A stretch of DNA of 64,000 nt from Candidatus Adlerbacteria bacterium RIFOXYC1_FULL_48_26 (GTDB lineage Bacteria > Patescibacteriota > Minisyncoccia > Phycocordibacterales > SBAW01): positions 2,141-66,140 of the forward strand of contig MEXB01000008.1 of the NCBI GenBank assembly GCA_001773575.1. Reading direction: 5' to 3'. A model generated the notes under the pieces. It saw only the letters and a program-made list of their open reading frames with translations, was not told the DNA's origin and searched no databases. This document shows, piece by piece, positions 8,197-18,210 of the stretch (within the stretch, counting starts at the first letter, position 1; each line of letters begins with the position of its first letter). Both the position numbers and the translations under genes were made by a program.

Positions 8197-10578
8197 TTAT
8201 TCCGTTTTTGCTTTAGCCCGGAATCCACGACGCTTCTTTTCTTCTTTGAGAATTTCCAGTGCTCGTTCAAAGGTAATGTCGTACGGACTTTCTTTTTTAA
8301 TCGAGCGGAAGTCAGCTTTCGGTTTAGTAAGGTGCGCAATGTATGGGCCGAAGCGGCCAGTATTCGCAACAATATCTATTCCAGTGTCAGGGTGTTGTCC
8401 GAGCAGGCGAGGAAGTGCCAAGTAATGAACAGCTTCTTCTACCGTAAGGGTTGCTGGATCTTTTTCTTTTGGAATTGAAGCGCGTTTTGGTTTTGCTTTT
8501 TTAGTCGAGCCTTTTCCTGTTGGCATTTCTCCCATCTGCACGTATGGACCGAAGCGGCCTGAAAGAATATAGATAGGCAGGCCAGTCTCTGGGTGCATAC
8601 CAATTGGTTTTGCTGGGTCGTTTGAAATGACCTCACCCAACTCTGTGCGTGCGCCCATACAGTCAGGGAAGCGCGAACAGCTCATAAACTTTCCTTGGCG
8701 GGAGAGTTTAAATACCATCGAAGAACTGCAGATAGGGCAGGTGAATTCTTCTGGAGCAGGGCCCAGGTCAGTAATCTTTCCAGCCTCTTTGTCTTTAATT
8801 TTTACTTCTTTAAGAAATGGCGTGTAGAAATCTTTAAGAGTTTTTACGTACTCGCGTTTACCTTGTGCGATATCGTCGAGCTCATCTTCCATCTCTGCAG
8901 TGAAGGTGTCGCTGATGTAGGTAGGGAAATTGTCTTCCAAAAACGTTGAGACAACATCGCCTGTGTCTGTTGGCGTAAGTGCGCGACCTTCTTTTGTTAC
9001 ATACCCGCGGACTTCAAGCGTTCGCATAATAGATGCGTATGTTGATGGGCGGCCGATACCACGTTTTTCAAGTTCTTTGATCAAACCTGCCTCGGTGTAG
9101 CGTTGAGGGGGAGTAGTCTGCTTCTCATCAGCGCGAACCTCTTTCACTTTGAGGGTCTCACCTTCTTTTACTTCGGGAAGTTCCACGTCTTCGCCGCGCG
9201 CTGCTGGGTCGGCGCGGAGCCACCCATCGAACATGACGCGTGAGCCATTGGCGACGAACAAAAAGGTCTGCGCAGAACCCTCTGCGTCGGTCTTCGGCTC
9301 CGCAGCCGGGTTCTGCTCCGACCCTCCAAACTTCAGTGCGTATGTTACAAAGTCTGACTGACCTTCAGTTTCCTGAACTTCGTCATCGCCCGTGTGCGAC
9401 TCTACGTGTGCTTTTTCGTACGCAACTATTGCAGTATCTGGTTTTGCAGTAATGCGAGTGCGTAGTATTTTTGCATCAGCCATTTGTGATGCGACTGTGC
9501 GTGCCCAGATAAGTTCATACAAACGCTTTTGTTCAGGAGTTGAGCCGAGCGATTCTTTTTCTACATGGGTAGGACGGACAGCTTCGTGTGCTTCCTGTGC
9601 GTTTTTAGATTTTGCAGTGAATACGTGCGGTACTGCATAGTCTGCTCCGTATTTCTTCTCGATCTGTTTAAGGATTGCTGCCTGTGCTGGCTTACCGAGG
9701 TTGGTCGAGTCTGTACGCATATAGGTAATATGGCCAGCTTCGTAGAGTTTCTGCGCAATACGCATAGTATTGGCAGGGGAGAAGCCAAGACGGGAGCTCG
9801 CCGCTTGTTGCAGAGTAGATGTTGTAAACGGTGCACGAGTTGAACGCTTTGCCTCAGTCTCTGTAACGCCTGCAACGGTAAGACCTTCTTTTGTGACAAG
9901 AGCAATAACCTTGTCGGCGTCTTCTTTGTCGCCAAGCTCGCGGTTTGCGGTAAGAGATAGTCCCTCTTTCTTTTTCGTGTCAGTGTCAGCGGAGACTACA
10001 TAGAACGTCTGAGGTATGAATTTTCTTATTTCGCGTTCGCGTTCCATCAGTATGCGGAGTGCGGGAGATTGCACACGGCCAGCTGAAAGGCCGTAACGGA
10101 CTTTTTTCCAAATAAGGCCGGAAAGATCGTAGCCTACGAGGCGGTCGAGTACGCGACGTGCTTCCTGTGCCTGGCGGAGGTTCTCATCTATAAGGCGTGG
10201 ATGTTCGAGCGCTTCCTGGATAGCCTCTTTGGTAATTTCATGGAACACAATACGCTCAGCTTTCTTAAGGCCCAGCTCTTCTTGTATGTGCCACGCAATA
10301 GCCTCTCCTTCACGGTCGGGGTCGGTTGCGAGAATCACCTCCTTAGCTTTTTTTGCGAGAGCCTTCAAGTCGCTGATAACTTCTTGTTTGCCCGGCACCA
10401 CTTCGTAGTGCGGAACGAAGCCCGCTTCAATATCAATAGCTTTCTTGTTGTTCTTGGGAAGGTCGCGTACGTGGCCGACAGATGCACGCACGACAAAGTC
10501 GCCAGCGGCATCTACCTCCTTTAAATACTTCTCAATCGTCTTTGCCTTTGCAGGGGACTCAACAATTACAAGCTTCAT
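8197..10578 (-). CDS. topA: DNA topoisomerase I
   Basis: MKLVIVESPAKAKTI Toprim start, GHVRDLP, and active-site Tyr region ITYMRTDS. One C4 zinc ribbon (CPICSSS...CSRFPDC). The ORF-track N-terminus is trimmed to the MKLVIV start. Confidence 0.9.
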   Translation of the reverse strand: MKLVIVESPAKAKTIEKYLKEVDAAGDFVVRASVGHVRDLPKNNKKAIDIEAGFVPHYEVVPGKQEVISDLKALAKKAKEVILATDPDREGEAIAWHIQEELGLKKAERIVFHEITKEAIQEALEHPRLIDENLRQAQEARRVLDRLVGYDLSGLIWKKVRYGLSAGRVQSPALRILMEREREIRKFIPQTFYVVSADTDTKKKEGLSLTANRELGDKEDADKVIALVTKEGLTVAGVTETEAKRSTRAPFTTSTLQQAASSRLGFSPANTMRIAQKLYEAGHITYMRTDSTNLGKPAQAAILKQIEKKYGADYAVPHVFTAKSKNAQEAHEAVRPTHVEKESLGSTPEQKRLYELIWARTVASQMADAKILRTRITAKPDTAIVAYEKAHVESHTGDDEVQETEGQSDFVTYALKFGGSEQNPAAEPKTDAEGSAQTFLFVANGSRVMFDGWLRADPAARGEDVELPEVKEGETLKVKEVRADEKQTTPPQRYTEAGLIKELEKRGIGRPSTYASIMRTLEVRGYVTKEGRALTPTDTGDVVSTFLEDNFPTYISDTFTAEMEDELDDIAQGKREYVKTLKDFYTPFLKEVKIKDKEAGKITDLGPAPEEFTCPICSSSMVFKLSRQGKFMSCSRFPDCMGARTELGEVISNDPAKPIGMHPETGLPIYILSGRFGPYVQMGEMPTGKGSTKKAKPKRASIPKEKDPATLTVEEAVHYLALPRLLGQHPDTGIDIVANTGRFGPYIAHLTKPKADFRSIKKESPYDITFERALEILKEEKKRRGFRAKAKTE

Positions 10579-10591
10579 GCAGTATCTTCTA

Positions 10592-11455
10592 TCATACACG
10601 TTCAATTTTTCCTAATCGTTCAATAATAAGTCCGCGAATTAATAGTGATGAAAGTGCGACATGTATATTGCGCGCAGACGTTCCAGATTTTTCTAAAATC
10701 TCATCATGGATTAGAGGTTCAGTAAGTATGCGAAGCACTGCCGTTTCTGCGTCCGTAAGGTCGGTGGGAATTGTTTGTTGTGTCGGTGTGTCATCGAGTT
10801 TGAATCCAAGTGCTCTCGCTACATCTGCGCTGTTTTGTACGAGCAGAGCGCCTTCGCGGATAAGACGGTTCACTCCAACTCCTGTGGGGCGTTCAAGTTC
10901 GTGCGGTACCGCAAGTACGTCGCTGTTGTATTCCAGTGCCATCTTTGCAGTGATAAGCGTCCCTGACCTCTCGCCGGCTTCTATAATAAGAGTTGCCTTA
11001 GACATTCCAGCCATCACACGGTTGCGTTCTGCAAAGGAGTGGAGCATAGCTTTAAACGGCGCCTCATTCTCACTAAGCAAACACCCTCCTTTTAAAAGAA
11101 TAGTACGAGCAAGAATTACGTTGTTGGCGGGGTAGATAGATGCTTCGTCGAGCGAAGAAGGAAGCACTGCAATGGTAGGAAGTCCGACATCAATAGCCGC
11201 TTTGTGTGCTTCGGTATCAATACCATGCGCGAGGCCTGAAACTATAGCGACAGGGTACTGTGCCAAGCCGGAGATAAGTTTGTGTGTAATTCTTCGTCCG
11301 TATGCAGTCGCGCTACGCGAACCAACGACGCACAGCAATATGCGTTCTTTGTCCGGCATCTCTCCTCTAATAAAGAGTCTCTCTGGCGCATCAGGTATTT
11401 CTCTAAGGGCCTCTGGAAAGGCCTCAAACGGAAGTTGTCCAATAGGGAAACGCAT
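10592..11455 (-). CDS. dprA: DNA-processing protein DprA (SMF family)
   Basis: Rossmann-like core VVGSRSATAYG..., GLAHGIDT, ..IIEAGERSGTLITA.. Lies immediately upstream of topA, the classic dprA-topA synteny. Confidence 0.85.
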   Translation of the reverse strand: MRFPIGQLPFEAFPEALREIPDAPERLFIRGEMPDKERILLCVVGSRSATAYGRRITHKLISGLAQYPVAIVSGLAHGIDTEAHKAAIDVGLPTIAVLPSSLDEASIYPANNVILARTILLKGGCLLSENEAPFKAMLHSFAERNRVMAGMSKATLIIEAGERSGTLITAKMALEYNSDVLAVPHELERPTGVGVNRLIREGALLVQNSADVARALGFKLDDTPTQQTIPTDLTDAETAVLRILTEPLIHDEILEKSGTSARNIHVALSSLLIRGLIIERLGKIERV

Positions 11456-11478
11456 TATAGTATTGTAGAGTCACCTTT

Positions 11479-12765
11479 ATGCTAGATATCGCTTTTATAC
11501 GGGAAAACCCAGATATTGTCCGTGCGGCAATCAAAAATAAAAACCGTGAAGGTATAGACCTGGACCGGATTTTAGTGCTTGCTGAAGAGCGCAAAAACAA
11601 CGCGAATGAAATTAGTGAAATCAACCGCCAGCGAAACGTAGCGCAAGAAGCTCGTGATGGTGAAGCAGGAAAGCGCTTAAAAGAAGAACTCAAGGCTGTT
11701 GAAGAGAAACATCAGGCGACAGAAAAAGAGCTTGTCTCTCTTTTAATAAAGATTCCAAATATTCCATCTGCCGATACTCCTATCGGTCCTGATGAATCTG
11801 GCAACGTGGTAATTCGCCAATGGGGAGAAAAACCACAGTTTCCATTTGCCCCCAAAGCTCATTGGGATTTGGGAAAAAATTTAGGAATAATTGATGGTGA
11901 AAAGGCTGCAGAAGTAAGCGGCGCTCGCTTCGTGTATTTGAAGGGCGATATGGCGTTGCTTGAAATGGCATTGATGCGTTTTGGCTTCGATACTCTTATT
12001 TCAGAAGAAACATTGAAGAAAATTATCGACGGCGCAGGACTCACAGTAAGCAGTAAACCTTTTACTCCCGTTATTCCACCGATCCTTATGCGTTCTCAGG
12101 TGATGAACCGTATGGCGCGCCTAGACCCTATAGACGAACGTTACTATTTTGAAAAAGACGACATGGTGTTTGTCGGAAGTGCAGAGCACACACTCGGACC
12201 ATTGCACATGGATGAAATTCTAAAAGAAGAAGATCTTCCTCTTCGCTATGCAGCCATGACTCCTGCATTCCGCCGTGAAGCAGGTGCGGCAGGGAAGGAT
12301 ACACGTGGCATCTTGCGTTTGCACCAGTTCGATAAGCTTGAAATGGAAACATTCTCTAAACCTGAAGATGGTTTGGCAGAACAAAACCTTATGGTCGCAA
12401 TCCAGGAATACCTCTTGCAACAGCTCAAGCTTCCATACCAAGTTGTTTCAATCTGCACAGGAGACATGGGCTTCCCAGACCAGCGACAGATCGACATCGA
12501 AACGTGGATGCCTGGCCAGGATGCCTATCGCGAAACAAATACATCAGACTATATTGGTGGCTTCCAAGCACGTCGCCTTAACTCGCGCGTACGCCGCACC
12601 GACGGAACGCTTGAACCAGTGCACATGAACGACGCAACGGCATTTTCACAGCGTCCGCTCGCAGCTATTCTTGAAAACAATCAACACGAAGACGGTACTA
12701 TCACTATCCCTGAAGTCCTTCGTCCATACATGGGTGGTCGCGAAAAAATCGAAGCAAAGAAATAG
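11479..12765 (+). CDS. serS: Serine--tRNA ligase
   Basis: N-terminal coiled-coil arm. Class II motifs (FRRE.. motif 2, GDMGF.., C-terminal DGTITIPEVLRPYMGG). Confidence 0.9.
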   Translation: MLDIAFIRENPDIVRAAIKNKNREGIDLDRILVLAEERKNNANEISEINRQRNVAQEARDGEAGKRLKEELKAVEEKHQATEKELVSLLIKIPNIPSADTPIGPDESGNVVIRQWGEKPQFPFAPKAHWDLGKNLGIIDGEKAAEVSGARFVYLKGDMALLEMALMRFGFDTLISEETLKKIIDGAGLTVSSKPFTPVIPPILMRSQVMNRMARLDPIDERYYFEKDDMVFVGSAEHTLGPLHMDEILKEEDLPLRYAAMTPAFRREAGAAGKDTRGILRLHQFDKLEMETFSKPEDGLAEQNLMVAIQEYLLQQLKLPYQVVSICTGDMGFPDQRQIDIETWMPGQDAYRETNTSDYIGGFQARRLNSRVRRTDGTLEPVHMNDATAFSQRPLAAILENNQHEDGTITIPEVLRPYMGGREKIEAKK

Positions 12766-12779
12766 GGTAAAATCAAAAG

Positions 12780-13595
12780 GTGGTTCGGATTTCATCCTCA
12801 AATTCGAGTATTAGACAGCGGCGGCGAAAGCGGTTGCTGGTGCTTCTTGGTGCCATATGTGCAGTCTTAGTACTTTTGTTTCTGCTAAGCCTGTGGTTTG
12901 CAAATACATCGTGGTTGAAAATAACGCATGTCTCTGTCTCGGGTGAAAACGTAGTTCCTCAGGCTTCAATAGAAGAAGTTGTTCAAGATGGTCTTGTGGG
13001 GAAGTACGCGGGATTATTTTCAAAAGCAAATATCTTTTTTTATCCTAAAAAGAGCATAGAGCAGGATCTGCATACGCTATATCCAACGCTTGGAACAATC
13101 AGCATTCGCGCGCTCGATTTCCATACTATTGCTGTCACGGTGTCCGAGCGCGAACCATCTGCACTCTGGTGCCCTGCCGCAGACTCAACCCAGTGTGTGC
13201 TACTTGATGAAAGCGGTTTTGCGTATGCGCATGCCCCAGAATATTCAGGCAATGTATACAAAACATATTTAGGCGCACTTCCGGACGGCCCACTGCCGAA
13301 GCAATTCTTAACGCCTGAACGCTTTCATTCACTGTCTGCATTGGTTGAAACATTCGCTAAAAAGATTGCCACTACTACTGTGACCACAGTTGCCGTTGAT
13401 GAAAATAATGACGTTCACATAGGAACTTCGGATGGTTATAAAATTTTATTTGCTCTCGAAGAAAACGGTGGCGACGTATTCCAGCATTTTGTACTTACGT
13501 TAACTGCCGCACCGTTCACAACACACGCGCTTTCTGAGTTTGAGTACATTGACCTGCGCTTTGGCGACAAGGTTTACTACAAGCTCAAAAATTAG
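12780..13595 (+). CDS. FtsQ/DivIB-like cell division protein (single N-terminal TM helix + POTRA-like domain); GTG start
   Basis: Arg/Lys-rich cytoplasmic N-terminus, one TM helix, then a region ITHVSVSGENVVPQASIEE... resembling the POTRA domain of FtsQ. Assignment by architecture only. Confidence 0.45.
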   Translation: MVRISSSNSSIRQRRRKRLLVLLGAICAVLVLLFLLSLWFANTSWLKITHVSVSGENVVPQASIEEVVQDGLVGKYAGLFSKANIFFYPKKSIEQDLHTLYPTLGTISIRALDFHTIAVTVSEREPSALWCPAADSTQCVLLDESGFAYAHAPEYSGNVYKTYLGALPDGPLPKQFLTPERFHSLSALVETFAKKIATTTVTTVAVDENNDVHIGTSDGYKILFALEENGGDVFQHFVLTLTAAPFTTHALSEFEYIDLRFGDKVYYKLKN

Positions 13596-13607
13596 TACGG
13601 TGTCTGT

Positions 13608-14573
13608 ATGAAAGGATTCTGGGCAACATTACCAAAGCCATTTTTCGTGCTTGCGCCGCTTGCAAACGTCACAGACGCGGCCTTTCGTAAACTGATAGCG
13701 AAATACGGCAAACCAGATGTGCTATGGACGGAATTCGTCTCGGCAGACGGTTTGATACTGGCGACCCCTGAGGGGAAAGAGAAACTCCTTCGCGATTTGG
13801 TATACAGCGAAGAAGAGCGCCCTATTGTTGCGCAGCTTTTTACCTCACGCCCTGAGACGATGGAACAGGCGGCTGCTCTGGCACAGGAGCTTGGCTTCGA
13901 TGGCATAGACATAAACATGGGCTGCCCCGATAAGTCTATTGAAAAGCAGGGAGCTGGTGCAAAACTTATAACAACACCAGAGCTGGCGGTTGAGCTTATC
14001 GCTGCAGCAAAACGAGGCGCACCAAACTTGCCTGTGTCAGTAAAAACACGCCTTGGGTACAACAAGGACGTTCTTGAAGAGTGGTTGCCGAAGATTCTTT
14101 CTGCAGAGCCGGTCGCGGTTACTGTCCACGCGCGTACGCGAAAAGAGATGTCTGCTGTGCCTGCGCGATGGGAGAGAGTGAAGCGTGCGGTTGAAATTCG
14201 TAATGAACTTGGCAGCAGCGCACTTATCATCGGCAACGGTGATGTGAAGGATATGGAAGACGCACGACAAAAGGTGGCAGAGACCGGCGCAGATGGTGCG
14301 ATGCTCGGCCGCGCGATCTTTGGCAACCCATGGTTATTCTCTGAAGAGAAACCTGGCCTGGAAACTCGTCTTCGTGTTGCCGCTGAACATTCGAAAATGT
14401 TTGAGACTATGCTTGGCGATATAAAAAACTTTGCCCTAATGAAAAAACATTTTAAAGCCTACGTTGAAGGGTTTACTGGTGCAAAAGAACTTCGTATGGA
14501 GTTGATGGAGACGACTAATGCACAGCAAATTGAGGAGATAATAGAAGCCTTTTTGAAAGGAGGAGTAGAATAG
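13608..14573 (+). CDS. dus: tRNA-dihydrouridine synthase
   Basis: LAPLANVTDAAFR, DINMGCP, and the K..VSVK.R.G TIM-barrel motifs of the Dus family. Confidence 0.8.
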   Translation: MKGFWATLPKPFFVLAPLANVTDAAFRKLIAKYGKPDVLWTEFVSADGLILATPEGKEKLLRDLVYSEEERPIVAQLFTSRPETMEQAAALAQELGFDGIDINMGCPDKSIEKQGAGAKLITTPELAVELIAAAKRGAPNLPVSVKTRLGYNKDVLEEWLPKILSAEPVAVTVHARTRKEMSAVPARWERVKRAVEIRNELGSSALIIGNGDVKDMEDARQKVAETGADGAMLGRAIFGNPWLFSEEKPGLETRLRVAAEHSKMFETMLGDIKNFALMKKHFKAYVEGFTGAKELRMELMETTNAQQIEEIIEAFLKGGVE

Positions 14574-14577
14574 ATGT

Positions 14578-14883
14578 ATGAATGATCTATTGCACGCGAA
14601 TATTTTCTTCTTTATTACCTCGGTAGCAACTGTTCTTATCGCGATGCTGGTATCTGTTGTACTTTTCTATATTGCACGCATTATGCGAGACATAAGCGGC
14701 ATCGTTCGTAAGATAAATAGTGTAAGTGATGACTTGGAACAGGATTTTCAGGATCTGCGCCGTGAAATAAAGAACGAAGGCACAAAAGTTCGCACTATTG
14801 TTGACGTCGCCCTCGGGTTCTTCCTCTCACGCGTACAAAAGCGCACAACTCGAAAACCTAAAACAGAAGAACCTCTTCAGTAA
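14578..14883 (+). CDS. Hypothetical small membrane protein
   Basis: One N-terminal TM helix followed by a charged tail. No recognisable domain. Confidence 0.35.
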   Translation: MNDLLHANIFFFITSVATVLIAMLVSVVLFYIARIMRDISGIVRKINSVSDDLEQDFQDLRREIKNEGTKVRTIVDVALGFFLSRVQKRTTRKPKTEEPLQ

Positions 14884-14914
14884 AATTTCACTATCTGGGG
14901 GTGTATACTTCAGT

Positions 14915-15289
14915 ATGGCTAAAAAACAAAACAATACAGGAGTGGCGCTCGGTGTCGGAGTGGCAGCAGCGGCCGCAGTTGCAGCAGCAGGAGCATACTG
15001 GTTTTACGGTTCTGACCACGCGTCTCAACATCGCAAACAAGTAAAGAGCTGGATGCTTAAAGCACGCGCTGAAGTAATGGAGGCAGTCGAAAAGGTGGAG
15101 GATATAGACAAGAAGAAATATCTTGCTATCGTCCAGCAGATTGTGTCTCGCTATTCTAAAACAGCAGGAGCTACGGTTGGTGAACTTGCACATATGAAAA
15201 AGGACCTTATTTCTACATGGGCACATATGGATGCTGGCGCAAAGAAAACTGTTAAAAAAGCAGTAAAAAAGGTTTCTAAGAAGAAATAA
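14915..15289 (+). CDS. Hypothetical membrane-anchored protein with an Ala-rich TM helix and a Lys-rich C-terminus
   Basis: ATG chosen 15 nt after a GGGGG run. MAKKQNNTGVALGVGVAAAAAVAAAGAYWFY... No recognisable domain. Confidence 0.4.
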   Translation: MAKKQNNTGVALGVGVAAAAAVAAAGAYWFYGSDHASQHRKQVKSWMLKARAEVMEAVEKVEDIDKKKYLAIVQQIVSRYSKTAGATVGELAHMKKDLISTWAHMDAGAKKTVKKAVKKVSKKK

Positions 15290-15304
15290 TATATACTGGT
15301 GTGG

Positions 15305-16360
15305 ATGGCCAAGACCTCTACACCACAGCGAACCCCGCTTGCTCTGTATCGTAAGTACAGGCCTGCGGGGTTTTCTGAATTCCGCGACCAAGATACTATC
15401 GTCGCGGTACTTACTGCTGCTGTAGAGCAAAAGAAAATTGCACACGCATATTTATTTGCGGGTGGCAGAGGAACAGGAAAGACTTCCATGGCCCGCGCCC
15501 TAGCGCACTCTGTTGATACAACGGACAACGATATTTATGAAATGGATGCAGCGAGCAACCGTGGCATTGATGAAATCCGCGAACTCCGTGAAGGCGTTGC
15601 GACGTTGCCGTTTGAATCAACATACAAGTTTTACATAATCGACGAAGCGCATGCACTTACAGGAGCTGCCTGGGGTGCGTTGCTTAAAACCCTTGAGGAG
15701 CCGCCAGAGCATGTTGTCTTTGTGTTGGCGACGACCGAACTTGATAAAGTGCCGGAAACTATCCGTTCACGTTGCCAGGTATTTCAATTTAAAAATCCAT
15801 CGCATGAAACGCTTAAGAAGTTGGTGCTTGATGTTGCAAAGAAAGAAGGCGGCTCAATAACTCCAGCGGGCGCAGAACTTGTTGCGTTGATGGGGGATGG
15901 CTCCTTCCGCGACACCCTTGGTATCCTGCAAAAAGTCCTGACTATCTCGGATGATAAAAAACTTTCAGAAGAGGAAGTTGCCCGTGTTGTCGGTGCTCCG
16001 TCATCGAAAACAGTAAATGAATTTTTAGAAGCGCTTGCTGAGAAAGATATGGCAAAAGCGCTCAAGACCTTCCATGCGGCAATTGCGGGAGGTACTGAAC
16101 CAAAAGTATTTACACTGCTTTCTCTCGCAAAAATACGCGCAGTGCTGCTCATCCGTTTTGCGCCTGATCTTAAGAAAGAGTTGGGGGAACAGTTTAGCGA
16201 AGATGATATCAAAACACTGTCTGAGTTTGCCGGCCCTAAAGGTGCGGCAATCAATGCGGCGTTGCTTTCAGAACTTATAACCGCACTTCTCGATATGAAT
16301 CGCGCACCCATACCTGCGATACCGCTGGAATTGGCACTCTACAGAGTGTTTGGAGCGTAA
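15305..16360 (+). CDS. dnaX: DNA polymerase III gamma/tau subunit, short form (domains I-III only)
   Basis: Clamp-loader AAA+ motifs: YRKYRP, Walker A GGRGTGKTS, DEAH-like IIDEAHAL, and the sensor region SRCQVFQF. Confidence 0.8.
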   Translation: MAKTSTPQRTPLALYRKYRPAGFSEFRDQDTIVAVLTAAVEQKKIAHAYLFAGGRGTGKTSMARALAHSVDTTDNDIYEMDAASNRGIDEIRELREGVATLPFESTYKFYIIDEAHALTGAAWGALLKTLEEPPEHVVFVLATTELDKVPETIRSRCQVFQFKNPSHETLKKLVLDVAKKEGGSITPAGAELVALMGDGSFRDTLGILQKVLTISDDKKLSEEEVARVVGAPSSKTVNEFLEALAEKDMAKALKTFHAAIAGGTEPKVFTLLSLAKIRAVLLIRFAPDLKKELGEQFSEDDIKTLSEFAGPKGAAINAALLSELITALLDMNRAPIPAIPLELALYRVFGA

Positions 16361-16375
16361 TGCTGGCCTGCGGGG

Positions 16376-16729
16376 TTACTGCGGACGAGTGAAAAGAGAA
16401 TAGAAAGATACACGCTTCCACCATGCAAGCAGCATGTACGGCAACACATCAAGCAGGAAGTGAAGCACAATAAGAGGGAAGAAGCGTGCGTGGTTTGCCA
16501 TGTCACGGTGGACGAGAACGTATTCGCCCTGGTCAACGCATTGGATATGTAAAAAGTAACCGTGTGAACGGAAGCTGCGGTCTGGGTGGAGAATATTAAA
16601 GTCCTTCATAAAGTAGATTTTCACTACTTCAAAATCCTCACGCTTAACCCACACCTGCTTACGGTTAAGAGGGGTAGAAAGAGAGACTTTTCTCTCTAAA
16701 AAGTAGTTCCACAACTGCTTTTGGTCCAT
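16376..16729 (-). CDS. Hypothetical protein (117 aa) downstream of the pilin gene
   Basis: ORF only; co-directional with and 24 nt downstream of the pilin gene. No recognisable domain. Confidence 0.3.
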   Translation of the reverse strand: MDQKQLWNYFLERKVSLSTPLNRKQVWVKREDFEVVKIYFMKDFNILHPDRSFRSHGYFLHIQCVDQGEYVLVHRDMANHARFFPLIVLHFLLDVLPYMLLAWWKRVSFYSLFTRPQ

Positions 16730-16753
16730 AAGATTTACTAAGTATAACCTATT

Positions 16754-17230
16754 TTAGTTTGAGACCTGGAAGTACTTTGTCGAGCCGTTCCAGCCCGCAG
16801 TAGGGGCTTGGAATACGCCTGTGCCGCCTCCGGGAGTTGGGGCTGCGATAGAGGGGAGGGTTACAGGTTCATCATTGTCTTGGAAGTTGGTATATATCGC
16901 ACAGCCTGTCGCTGTCACAACGTAACGGTAATTTGAAACACTATCCGAGCCTGTTGAGGGGTCTTTGATATTCGGAATCTGGGATGCGTACTGAGGATAC
17001 TTCGTTCGGAGTTCTTCAATAATAGGGTGGAGGTCGTAGTCGCCGACACCTGTTGTTGGTGTAAAACAGCTGGACTTCAAAAATTGCCCTATCTGAGAAA
17101 TTTCTGCTTTGCGTCTTGTGTCGAGCGCGTTTGTACGTGTGTTGCTAAGCGCAACAAACACAATTCCCGCTAGTACGCCGATAATAGCGATGACTACCAA
17201 GAGTTCAATAAGTGTGAAGCCTCGTTTCAT
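16754..17230 (-). CDS. Type IV pilin / pseudopilin (prepilin-type N-terminal cleavage/methylation domain)
   Basis: MKRGFTLIELLVVIAIIGVLA... is the canonical class III signal (G|FTLIEL) and hydrophobic alpha-helix. Confidence 0.8.
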   Translation of the reverse strand: MKRGFTLIELLVVIAIIGVLAGIVFVALSNTRTNALDTRRKAEISQIGQFLKSSCFTPTTGVGDYDLHPIIEELRTKYPQYASQIPNIKDPSTGSDSVSNYRYVVTATGCAIYTNFQDNDEPVTLPSIAAPTPGGGTGVFQAPTAGWNGSTKYFQVSN

Positions 17231-17364
17231 ACACTGATTCTTTCTCTATTTGTTTTTCTTCTTTTTAGAATCGAGAGCTTTCTTCTGGCTTCTGATCACC
17301 ATAGACTGCTTGCCTGCCGCTTTGTGCTTGTTTTCCATACTGTTAAGTATGACACGAAGTTAGG

Positions 17365-17649
17365 TTAGATAGCGGCTCCGTCGCCCAAGTTCATCTCCGC
17401 TTTGTAGCGTTCTATAACTTCTGGGTGCTTGCCTTCTTTGCATTCAGCAATAAATACCTCTGCGCTTGCAGCATCTGTGAAGGTCATATACGCAAGTGCG
17501 CCTCGGCACACAGTGTCAACGTTGATCTTTCCCTGTGCCCCTGGAGGAGTTGCTGCAGTTTTAGGATAAAAGAAAAAGTATCCTGCTAGTAAAATTACTA
17601 CTATTGCTGCCCCTATAGCCACATTCTTAGATGTCATGTGTTTTGTCAT
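17365..17649 (-). CDS. Hypothetical small membrane-anchored/secreted protein
   Basis: N-terminal TM/signal segment, two Cys, 94 aa. Confidence 0.35.
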   Translation of the reverse strand: MTKHMTSKNVAIGAAIVVILLAGYFFFYPKTAATPPGAQGKINVDTVCRGALAYMTFTDAASAEVFIAECKEGKHPEVIERYKAEMNLGDGAAI

Positions 17650-17721
17650 GTATTAAGTATATATCATCAAGACGGGAGCCTTCACGGTTTCTTACTATGT
17701 ATTGGTGCTAAAATAGTAGGC

Positions 17722-18198
17722 ATGATATCGAAAAACACCATCTGTCTTTGGTACGACAAAGACGCAGAAGAAGCAGCTAATTTTTACGCAGCTACATTTC
17801 CTGACAGCAAAGTAACTAATGTGTTTAAGGCGCCGAGTGATTTCCCGGGTGGTAAGGCGGGTGATGCACTAACAGTTGAATTCACTGTATGTGGAATCCC
17901 TTGCATAGGTCTTAATGGTGGCCCTGTGTTTAAACAAAGCGAGGCGTTTTCTTTCCAGATTTCAACGGACACTCAAGAAGAAACCGACCGTTATTGGAAT
18001 GCAATCGTCGAGAATGGTGGCCAGGAAAGCGAGTGTGGTTGGTGCAAAGATAAGTGGGGTCTCTCATGGCAGATCACACCACGCACCCTTACAGAGGCAC
18101 TTGCTGCGGGTGGGGAAGAAGGAAAGCGCGCCTTCGACGCAATGATGACAATGAAAAAGATCGACGTCGCTGCTATCGATGCAGCGCGTAAGGGTTAG
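17722..18198 (+). CDS. VOC-superfamily protein (PhnB / 3-demethylubiquinone-9 3-methyltransferase-domain family)
   Basis: ICLWYDKDAEEAANFYAATFPDS...VEF...GG.F.....SFQI..DTQEE.DRYW pattern typical of PhnB-like glyoxalase-fold proteins. Start trimmed to the internal ATG. Confidence 0.6.
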   Translation: MISKNTICLWYDKDAEEAANFYAATFPDSKVTNVFKAPSDFPGGKAGDALTVEFTVCGIPCIGLNGGPVFKQSEAFSFQISTDTQEETDRYWNAIVENGGQESECGWCKDKWGLSWQITPRTLTEALAAGGEEGKRAFDAMMTMKKIDVAAIDAARKG

Positions 18199-18210
18199 TT
18201 CGGAGCCTAG

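Noticed and set aside
13592-14326. 244-aa minus-strand ORF overlapping dus
   Set aside because: It lies entirely inside the well-supported dus CDS on the opposite strand. Its Ser/Ala/Arg-rich composition is typical of antisense frames.
17248-17339. 30-codon Lys-rich minus-strand ORF upstream of the pilin gene
   Set aside because: Too short, no RBS and no recognisable family. Mentioned in findings only as a possibility.
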